64,000 bases of DNA from contig CBDATZ010000042.1 of assembly GCA_965199845.1 (NCBI GenBank), forward strand, positions 316,992 to 380,991. Direction: 5' to 3'. The notes under the pieces are model-generated. The model saw nothing but the letters and a program-made list of their open reading frames with translations, was not told the origin of the DNA and did no database searches. How positions within the stretch are numbered: position 1 is the first letter of the stretch; the number at the start of each line of letters is the position of its first letter. Positions 56,393 to 64,000 of the stretch are shown in pieces. The stretch comes from Ilyomonas sp. GTDB lineage: Bacteria; Bacteroidota; Bacteroidia; Chitinophagales; Chitinophagaceae. Both the position numbers and the translations under genes were made by a program.

Positions 56393-57218
56393 AAAATGAT
56401 TTTAAAACTGATTGGTGTCAAAATAGTTTTCGCCCAACTCTTAAATATACGAACCTTTTTAAGAGACTTACAATGTTAGAAAATATATTATTAATTCAAA
56501 CCAACTAATAAAGCATTCGTTTTTAAATATATCAATCTCACATAAGAAGTTCTGTGTTGTATTCTGCTACCTTAAAACGAACACTTTGGAAAACTTACCT
56601 TATCAGAAGAAATTATATTAGACATACATCGTAGGAGATTGCCTGTTCATTTCTTGTTTCAAATTCTCTAATCTAAGTGAATGAAATTAAAGGTAAAAAA
56701 AGGTAAAATACAACTGAAAAGATGTTTGTCTATTAAAAGCTATTCTAATATCCTTTTACTTTTAACTAAAGCCATTACTTACAATAAACTCAGCTTTTCT
56801 CAAACTCATTCAAGATTTAGTATCTCTGTCAGGGGTCATTAATGTTAAGTACAAAAAAATAACAGAGAGAAATTTATGCTGATTCGATCCCATGCTCCAT
56901 TTATTATTGAGAATTAAACGGATCGTATATGTACGACTATCTGTCCAATATAAGTAATCTCAAATGACTTTGGAAAAAATTTATTCTGTTTGTGTGTTAA
57001 CAATAAAATTACTCTCTCAGCAACTGACTAACGTTTTATTAACTTCCTCTCGATTTAACTTTGCAGTATAGAATCCAAATCACAACGAAAGCGCAAATTT
57101 CAGTGTCCTAAGAGAAATAACTAACAATAACTCGTACACATTACTTATTAGTTGTTCCGTTTTTTTAAATTGTTATCAGCTGCTTAATGGATTTATTTTA
57201 TTAATCTAATATCAAAAA

Positions 57219-57824
57219 ATGAAACAAACAAAACAAAAGTTCTACACTGTTTGGCATGGATGGCAAACAGGTGTATTCGACAATTGGGCAGATTGCCAAG
57301 CCGCTACTTTCGGTTATTCCAATTCCTCATTTCAATCGTTTTCAACAGGAGAAGAGGCACAAGAAGCATTTAATAACAGTTATATTCGGGATACCCCCAA
57401 TTTGTCTTATGATTACTCTGTATCCGAAGGTATTGTTGTTGATGGTGCTTTCAGCTCTTCCACGCAGAAGGGGGAATATAGAGGTGTGAATCTAAAAACC
57501 GGCAACGTTATTTTCGAAAGCAAGATATTTAGAGATGGTTCGAATAATATATTTGAGTTCTTGTCTGTAGTACATGCTCTTGCGTATTGCAACATACATA
57601 ACTTTTCTGTACTTCCAATTTATACGGATAGCAATACCGCACTGAGATGGGTAAAGAATAAGCAGGTAAACACTTCAATAACAAAGAAAAATTCCAATCA
57701 AAGAACTTTTTATGCTGTTGAACAAGCACTAAGTTGGTTAAACACTACTGAGTATTCTAATCCTGTATTAAAATGGCAAACTAAAGAGTGGGGGGAGAAC
57801 CCTGCTGACTTTGGACGAAAGTAA
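57219..57824 (+). CDS. Ribonuclease H1 with N-terminal viroplasmin/hybrid-binding domain
   Basis: KFYTVWHG..TGVFD.W, VVDGAFS, NNIFEFL, IYTDS, WGENPADFGRK. Confidence 0.9.
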   Translation: MKQTKQKFYTVWHGWQTGVFDNWADCQAATFGYSNSSFQSFSTGEEAQEAFNNSYIRDTPNLSYDYSVSEGIVVDGAFSSSTQKGEYRGVNLKTGNVIFESKIFRDGSNNIFEFLSVVHALAYCNIHNFSVLPIYTDSNTALRWVKNKQVNTSITKKNSNQRTFYAVEQALSWLNTTEYSNPVLKWQTKEWGENPADFGRK

Positions 57825-57901
57825 ACTACACCCAAACCCAACCGCAACTAATATCAAAAACAAACTAATCGTATAATTTTAATTATTTTTAATTCAATAT
57901 C

Positions 57902-59572
57902 ATGACGTTCCTGATTCCAAACAACCTTCTTATTGACCAAATCATTAATCATGATGTACCTAATATTAAAGGCTACAAAAAGGAAAAGCTAATTTATATC
58001 TTACATCTTATAAATGATATTCGGTCTTGTAAATCAAACAGTGATGAAGCTGATGCGTATACACCACTGAGTTCAGCACAATTAAAGAAAAATATTGGCA
58101 ACAACTATGTTGATTTCCTTAACTACCTCGTACTTAAAGATGTAATCGAGACGAATAATCAATATTACGAAGGTAATTGCATTGGTTATCGATTCACAGA
58201 ACGCTATCGAACACCAGTAAGACCATATCAAATAAAATGTCCAAAATTTAAAAAGAAAATCTATAATGATCAGAAACCACATAAAGCTTTAATTAGGAAA
58301 TATGGCTTTACAGTGAAGAATTTTAAAAAGCTAAAAATCAATGAAAAAGCCGCTCTTCAATTCTTGGAAGATGAATTACGGTTCAAGCAGGAATCACCTG
58401 ATTATAAACAAAAAAGTGTAAACAAGCATTCCAAAAAGTATAGAGGATTATCGATAGAAACAAAATATACAATTAGTAAACAAAGCAATAACTTGGTTAA
58501 AAAAGACCCTGTAAAACAGTACAATCGAGCTGTAGGATGTGTTGAAAAATTGAAACAACAGGTCTTTAATATCAAGGTGGACACTACTGGTAATCGTCTA
58601 CACCATATTCTGACAAGCATGAATAAAAACTTACGGAATTTTGTTTACGTCGACGAGGGAAGCCTTGTATCGATTGATATTAAAAATTCCCAACCCTACC
58701 ATTCTTTGATTTTTTTTGATGAAAGATTTTATAATCCTTATAAGAAAACTGTTTGTCCGGATACACGTAAACAGTATAAAAGGTTAATTGAGGAAGATTC
58801 AATTAATTCAATCAGTAGATATTTTGTTTCGTCATCGCTTCATGACTTTAAATATTCTTCATCTGTATATATTGGTAATCAGGAATATTATAACAAGGCA
58901 TACAATTATTCAGTAACAGGGTCATATGATATTGAATATTCCTTTGGTGATAATGGTGCTACGCTTCTTTCACTATGTAGTCCAAATGATATTCAATATT
59001 CCTCTACAACTCAATCTGGGACTGAATTACAAAGCAAAACAAAGATTGTAAACACGGGCTATGTTGATTTAGTAAAAAATGGGCTGCTATATGAGTTTAT
59101 GCTGCAAGAAATTGAGGCTCGATTCGATGTAAAATTTAAAAATCGTAACGAAGTAAAAGAAACAATGTTTTTGGTACTATACAGTAACAATCGATTCCTT
59201 GGTCAGGAAGAAGCCAAATACAAGAAGGTATTTAAAGAGTTGTTTCAGAGAGAGTATGAACTTTTTAGTGTTATCAAAAAAAAGAAGCATAGAGATTTAG
59301 CTGTTATACTTCAGCAGTTGGAAAGTCATTTTATTTTAGATATTATTCTGCGACGAATAGCCTTGGAACGACCGGATGTCATTGTTTACACTATTCACGA
59401 TAGTATTGTCACAACAAGCAACAATGTTGATTACGTGGCAGAAATCATGAGAGAAGAGTTAGAAAAAGGCATCGGTTATCCACCTACATTGAATTATGAA
59501 AAAGCGTGGTGCATAGCAAATGCAAAGCACAGTAATGGAACACTCTTTGTTCTTAACTCTGACCCATGTTAA
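57902..59572 (+). CDS. Family-A-like (PolA/T7 palm) polymerase-related protein
   Basis: GNRL, motif A SIDIKNSQP, motif B RNEVKETMFLVLY, LQQLES, motif C TIHDS; no exonuclease motifs seen. Confidence 0.65.
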   Translation: MTFLIPNNLLIDQIINHDVPNIKGYKKEKLIYILHLINDIRSCKSNSDEADAYTPLSSAQLKKNIGNNYVDFLNYLVLKDVIETNNQYYEGNCIGYRFTERYRTPVRPYQIKCPKFKKKIYNDQKPHKALIRKYGFTVKNFKKLKINEKAALQFLEDELRFKQESPDYKQKSVNKHSKKYRGLSIETKYTISKQSNNLVKKDPVKQYNRAVGCVEKLKQQVFNIKVDTTGNRLHHILTSMNKNLRNFVYVDEGSLVSIDIKNSQPYHSLIFFDERFYNPYKKTVCPDTRKQYKRLIEEDSINSISRYFVSSSLHDFKYSSSVYIGNQEYYNKAYNYSVTGSYDIEYSFGDNGATLLSLCSPNDIQYSSTTQSGTELQSKTKIVNTGYVDLVKNGLLYEFMLQEIEARFDVKFKNRNEVKETMFLVLYSNNRFLGQEEAKYKKVFKELFQREYELFSVIKKKKHRDLAVILQQLESHFILDIILRRIALERPDVIVYTIHDSIVTTSNNVDYVAEIMREELEKGIGYPPTLNYEKAWCIANAKHSNGTLFVLNSDPC

Positions 59573-59791
59573 GCCTAAATCATTCAGGTGTAGAAAATAA
59601 AAGATTATTGCTTGCAATGATCTATGGAATTAGGTGTTGTAGGCGATATAAAGCCTCTTGTTGGCCATAATTGGAGAAAGAATAGTTGTACTTTATGTGG
59701 ATCTAAAAGAGGCTTAAATCGCCTGTAATGCCGACTGAGCGGTTTCTTGTAATTTGCTTGTTATGTAAAAATCTAAATACTTGTTATCACC

Positions 59792-60080
59792 ATGCAAAAT
59801 AGTATAAGCGCATTTGTCGATAAATGTGGAAATAACTCAATCGATTCTGTATCACAGGGCACGCATTTTATTGTAGCGACAGTAATATGTACAAACGAGA
59901 ACATTGATCAGCTCAAAAATCAGATTGAGACAATTAGACGAGATCATAATTTTCAGACAGGGGAGCTGAAATGAAGTGGCGTAGGACCTAATCATAATAG
60001 GCGAATAAGAATTTCGAAAGATATTGCTTGTCTTGATGTTTCTATTTATGCTATTGTTGTTGATAAAAGGCACTTATCCT
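59792..60080 (+). pseudogene. DUF3800-like remnant
   Basis: AFVDKCGN (cf. DESG), ELK*S, AIVVDK; truncated. Confidence 0.55.
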
Positions 60081-60129
60081 GACCCAACTTACATAAAACC
60101 AAATGTTAGGCGCAGATCTTAGAAAAATT

Positions 60130-60327
60130 GCCACCATTAAAAGTAACCTCGCCTGCAAACAACTCTATGAGCGGATGGTGGCAAAAGGAAAGAACAAAAA
60201 ACTGGCATTAATAGCTGTCTGTAACAAGCTTCTCAAACAGGTCTTTGCTGTTGTCAACAACCAAACTTTATTCGATAATAATTATTCAAAAAATATTGCC
60301 TGATTTTCTTGGTTTTTTACACAGTTC
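60130..60327 (+). pseudogene. IS110-family transposase 3' fragment and right end
   Basis: N.ACKQLYERMVAKGKNKKLALIAVCNKLLKQVFAV; ends 2 nt before core GTT 60330. Confidence 0.75.
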
Positions 60328-60360
60328 GTGTTGTGCGTTCGCTTTTCTAAACTGTGATTT

Positions 60361-60570
60361 CTAATGAAACCCAATATCCTGATGGTCATTGTAAGAATGT
60401 CCACAAGTACCACATATAGACATGCCTTTCATTTGTGTACAACTACAACCACCTACCAAACATTGACCTTTTCCTGCTACAATTGGTTGGGGTTCTTCCG
60501 TTGTGATAATCTCTAAGTCTTCTACTTCAATGTCGTTTGAATTTGTAAAGAAAATTGATTCTTGTTTCAT
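60361..60570 (-). CDS. Small Cys/His-rich protein
   Basis: Acidic N-terminus, then C-x4-C-x-C...C-x2-C-x-H-x4-H. Confidence 0.6.
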   Translation of the reverse strand: MKQESIFFTNSNDIEVEDLEIITTEEPQPIVAGKGQCLVGGCSCTQMKGMSICGTCGHSYNDHQDIGFH

Positions 60571-60607
60571 GATTTAATTTTTAAATGATTAGAAAATATT
60601 TGTAAAA

Positions 60608-61084
60608 CTAAGATGGCTTACTTTTCTCGTTATTATAACTAAAATCTACTGAACCTAAAATGTTTTCACCTTCTTCATAAGCTTTAATTAATGCGTCACC
60701 GTCTATTCTTTTTGATTTATAACTATACAAGGCTTTATTTAAATGTCTCCAACCGTTGCGGCAATTATTAGCTTTAGAGGAAAGATTGAAAGAAGTAATT
60801 AAAGTTAAGAATAGAGTTGTAATAAATGCTAATATTCTGATTGCCATATTGTTTTTCCCTAAAAAGTCTGAACCAGCAAAAGCAGTAATAAAAAGTGAAC
60901 AACCAATTGATAAAACACCTAAGATAATAAGTGTCGCTTGTAGCCAATTAGCCATTTTATACCAAGTAGCTAATTTGTCTTCTATGTCTTGTAAGACAGC
61001 CGTAGAAACTGGAATTAAAGTTGGAACTGCATTATTTTTTTGAGCAGAATCTGGAATGTTTGTCGGTAAAGAAGAGTCTGTCAT
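60608..61084 (-). CDS. SLATT/DUF4231-like two-TM protein
   Basis: Two hydrophobic helices followed by a helical tail; start moved to MTDSS. Confidence 0.6.
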   Translation of the reverse strand: MTDSSLPTNIPDSAQKNNAVPTLIPVSTAVLQDIEDKLATWYKMANWLQATLIILGVLSIGCSLFITAFAGSDFLGKNNMAIRILAFITTLFLTLITSFNLSSKANNCRNGWRHLNKALYSYKSKRIDGDALIKAYEEGENILGSVDFSYNNEKSKPS

Positions 61085-61416
61085 AGTAGAATATTTATGT
61101 TTATAAAAGTAAATTCTGAAAGAGAGTCTGCTTAAAGTGACGCACAACGTTCAGGTATTGCTGCAGGTGGGATATTTTATAATGTCCAGCCCGGAACTGC
61201 TGCCCAATTAAAATAAAAAGTTGAAGTTAACAACAAAAAGCCAAATTGAAATTGGTCTGCCCGAACTAAAGTACAGCGATGCAAACAGCCGAAGTTTCAA
61301 CGTCCTTTAGGTTTGCATTCATTAATTGAACATAAAATACTTACTATTATCACAACTTTCTTTTTTTGCTACTTTTTTTCTTTACAATTCACATTTATTT
61401 GTTGATAAACCTAACC

Positions 61417-61543
61417 ACCGGCAGTAGCGCATTATCACAACGTCAGGGTTAATGACCCAGGGCTGGATACAATCCACTGCCGGTTTTTCCCCTTAGTGTC
61501 TCTATAGCAATTAGGGCTTCTATACCCATTATTAAGGACTAAG
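61417..61543 (+). ncRNA. IS110 bridge RNA (target- and donor-binding loops; true ends unknown)
   Basis: Two stem-loops carrying CAACGTC/GGGCTGGA (target) and ATAGCAAT/AAGGA (donor). Confidence 0.8.
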
Positions 61544-61594
61544 ACGATGGGGCAAAAAAAGGTCAGGCTTATACTCAAATGTAAAAACAAAATT

Positions 61595-62617
61595 ATGCTC
61601 TCAGAAAGAAAAAATTATCTCGGTATTGATGTCTCTAAACTTTGGTTTGATGTCTCTTTAATCGCAGTGGTCCAACACGCTAAACAACCTGTAATTACAG
61701 AGCGCTTTGACAATACACCACAGGGCATGAAAGGCTTTAAAAAATGGCTTAAGCTGCAACTTGTTTCTTATGATGAAAACAGCTTGTTAGTTATAGAAAA
61801 CACAGGGGTATATCACCGCCTTATCTGGAGCTTTTGCAGCACTCACAACCTACAACTGCATATCGGTAATGCAGCACATATTAAATGGAGCCTGGGTATT
61901 ACCCGCGGCAAGAATGATGTAGTTGACTCAAAGCGTCTTTGCATGTACTGCCTAAAGCAGGCAGATGAACTGAAAGCTACACCAGCACTGGATCCTGTGT
62001 TTATGATGCTTAAAGACCTTATGAGCAGTCGCAGTCGCCTGTTAACCCAACTGCACAGCACTAAAAACTATCTTAACGAGGTAAAATGTACTGATGATAA
62101 AGTGCTGCTGACTATGCTAAATAAAGCACATTATGCCGCTATAGAAGGTATCAAAAAAAGCATTGAACAAATAGAAGCAATGATTGAAAAAATCATACAA
62201 CAAAACCAGGCTATTTACACCAATTATAATCTAATAAAAACCGTACCGGGTATCGGACATCTTACAGCGATATATATCATCTGCTGCACCAATAATTTTG
62301 CTTCAAGACCAAGTGGTAAACAACTGGGCAGTTATGCAGGCGTAGTACCTTTTGGCAACAGCAGCGGCACCAGCATTAAAGGCAAAAATAAAGTACACAA
62401 AATGGCAAACAAAGAACTCAAAAAAATGTTACATCTCTGCGCACTTGTCGCCATCAAATACTCACCCGAATTCAAACAATATTTCCACCGTAAAAAGGCA
62501 GAAGGTAAAAATGGAATGCTGGTACTAAACGCAATCAGAAATAAGCTCCTACTAAGAGTAGTAGCAGTAGTGAATAAACAACAACCCTATGTTAATAACG
62601 TATCGGAAGCAGCATAA
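61595..62617 (+). CDS. IS110 DEDD recombinase/transposase
   Basis: GIDVSK, IENTG, KNDVVDS, TVPGIG, YAGVVP...SSGTS; start set to MLSERK. Confidence 0.93.
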   Translation: MLSERKNYLGIDVSKLWFDVSLIAVVQHAKQPVITERFDNTPQGMKGFKKWLKLQLVSYDENSLLVIENTGVYHRLIWSFCSTHNLQLHIGNAAHIKWSLGITRGKNDVVDSKRLCMYCLKQADELKATPALDPVFMMLKDLMSSRSRLLTQLHSTKNYLNEVKCTDDKVLLTMLNKAHYAAIEGIKKSIEQIEAMIEKIIQQNQAIYTNYNLIKTVPGIGHLTAIYIICCTNNFASRPSGKQLGSYAGVVPFGNSSGTSIKGKNKVHKMANKELKKMLHLCALVAIKYSPEFKQYFHRKKAEGKNGMLVLNAIRNKLLLRVVAVVNKQQPYVNNVSEAA

Positions 62618-62704
62618 AAATAGCCTAAAAATAGTTTTGTTTTTTCCATAGCAATCCAGCCCCACTTGCAGTAATACCAATGTTGTGCGTTCGTGCTTTT
62701 GTCA

Positions 62705-63877
62705 CTATAATACTTTTGTTTCCTTTGTTGATATACTAGATTGGATTAATCGTAATTCATCCAATGAAGCCTCATTATCTAAGAATAAAACGCAACATTT
62801 TTGACCCTCAAGTTTTGCGGATGGATAAATTAAACCGGCTATTTTTGTTTCTGTATTAAATATATACCTGAAATACTCTGTGACAATTTGTGTCGGAACA
62901 TAGTCAATGTGTTCTTTTCCATCTCGATTAATGGTTTTTGAAATATCGTTGACAAAGTCCCTCAAAAATCTCGTTGAGTAATAATTCTTGAAATTCGCTG
63001 TGTCGAACATACTTGGTGGATGTGGCAAATTGCAAAAGTCTATTACGTTTAAATTTCTATTAGCTTTAAAAATTGCAGTTGTGAAATGAGTTCCATTCTT
63101 GCTTACCTTGTCTACTGCTTCAGCTATTGCCGTCTCCTCATTGAAAGCACAATAAAACATTGATATTCCTGCAGGGCTCATTCTGTTAGAATAGATTGCA
63201 AACTCTTCAGGTGGTGATGTGATTTCAGAAGCGGTTTTTATTGTAGTTGCAGCATTGTGTTGCCTACAACGAAATAAGCTTGTCGTTTTCAAAATGACTT
63301 GTATCAGTTTAAATTCACTGACTTTGAATCCTATTTCATTTAATACGTCATAGGCGTTTTGGTTGTACGAAAACGTTTTAAACTTATCGCTTTGTCCAAA
63401 AAGGTAACGAGATTTATGTTTCGTCACTTCCTTAAAATAGTCCCAATGATAAACCAAAATATCACTGGGACTATCATAGTAGGCGTTTGGCTCACTCCAT
63501 GCTCTGTCGTCAATACAATCTATTATATCTTCATTTAACTGGTAATTATCAACCTCTAATCCAATTAAGTCGTTTATTAGCTCCCATTGATTATAAGTGT
63601 CCCCTTGATAACCTCCTTCGCTGGAGTCATATGACATAAATTCCGCCGCATCCTCATAGAAATTCATAATTCCTTCCATCAAAAAAAACATTAGCTTCTC
63701 AAAGGGGATAACATTCTTTGCTCTGTCGCAATAAGTACATTTTCCTTTTTGAGAATTATTTTTTATGAAATCGGTTATTGCATAATCATTAATATGCTTT
63801 GAGCAAACGTATGTCTCTTTTAAACCGCTAAGACCCCTTGCCCATAAATCTTGTCTGTCTTGGTCTACACCACTCAT
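62705..63877 (-). CDS. RES-domain protein with Cys-containing N-terminal domain (HEPN/RES NTD-like; cassette)
   Basis: VCSKH..CTYC, LFRCR, NRMSPAGISMFY, AIAE, DYVPTQIVTEY, GLIYPS. Confidence 0.85.
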   Translation of the reverse strand: MSGVDQDRQDLWARGLSGLKETYVCSKHINDYAITDFIKNNSQKGKCTYCDRAKNVIPFEKLMFFLMEGIMNFYEDAAEFMSYDSSEGGYQGDTYNQWELINDLIGLEVDNYQLNEDIIDCIDDRAWSEPNAYYDSPSDILVYHWDYFKEVTKHKSRYLFGQSDKFKTFSYNQNAYDVLNEIGFKVSEFKLIQVILKTTSLFRCRQHNAATTIKTASEITSPPEEFAIYSNRMSPAGISMFYCAFNEETAIAEAVDKVSKNGTHFTTAIFKANRNLNVIDFCNLPHPPSMFDTANFKNYYSTRFLRDFVNDISKTINRDGKEHIDYVPTQIVTEYFRYIFNTETKIAGLIYPSAKLEGQKCCVLFLDNEASLDELRLIQSSISTKETKVL

Positions 63878-63919
63878 GAAATTAAAATTGGTTGGTTATT
63901 TGAAGGTAGCATGACGCAC

Positions 63920-64000
63920 AACGACCAAGTATTGCCGATGGTGGGGAAGTTGAAAAACCTCCGCCTAGCAACCGAAGTTCAATATTTATTCAAAGATTAA
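63920..64000 (-). repeat. attC-like site running off the window edge
   Basis: GACGCACAAC-GACCAAGTATTGCCGATGGTGGGG... Confidence 0.7.

Larger units (their letters stand above)
61306..62657 (+). mobile_element. Complete IS110-family element
   Basis: TCC at both junctions (61303-05, 62655-57); removing the IS restores the attC-like site; long non-coding left end. Confidence 0.88.
61146..62684 (-). repeat. attC-like site (long class, 187 bp when rejoined) interrupted by IS110
   Basis: AAC..GGTATTGCTGCAGGTGGG (left) and CCCACTTGCAGTAATACC..GTT (right). Confidence 0.88.
32340..64000. mobile_element. Genomic island / integrative element (right end beyond window, left end approximate)
   Basis: Integrase plus HTH, lower GC, R-M/defence genes, IS remnants, cassette arrays. 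Confidence 0.75.

Noticed and set aside
39045-56438. CRISPR array interpretation of the intergenic repeats
   Set aside because: Repeats are 120-190 bp, divergent and separated by whole genes; no cas genes.
57902-59572. Reverse transcriptase/retron (suggested by neighbouring RNase H)
   Set aside because: No YxDD or RT motifs; the motifs fit family A palm (D..NSQP, HDS).

Overview
Bacteroidota DNA, probably Chitinophagaceae-like (SusC/SusD pair, TAnnTTTG promoters). Bases 1-32 kb are mostly core genome: icd, a stand-alone rpoB split by one frameshift, a SusC-SusD-FG-GAP-haloperoxidase locus, gnd and zwf separated by a YoeB-type TA pair, PcrA/UvrD, an SF1 helicase and tRNA-Lys(CTT). An AT-rich island runs from ~32.3 kb to the window end: tyrosine integrase, excisionase-like HTH, DUF4917 plus MmeI-like R-M gene, RNase H and a PolA-like protein. 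The main structure not shown by the ORF track is an integron-like cassette system. Three arrays (39.0-47.8, 50.0-56.4, 60.3-64 kb) and one solo insertion at 28.4-29.1 kb hold 19 cassettes, all with minus-strand genes. Each cassette is bounded by its own GTT.../...AAC inverted repeat, and cassettes are separated by imperfect palindromic attC-like sites of ~125 or ~188 bp. No IntI-type integrase is visible. One attC-like site is interrupted by an intact IS110 whose bridge-RNA guide sequences can be read directly and match the attC-like motif CAACGTCCAGCCC. A non-coding stretch at 48.9-49.6 kb has seven short palindromes, all with 3-nt centres. All calls come from reading the sequence by eye; no searches were run.
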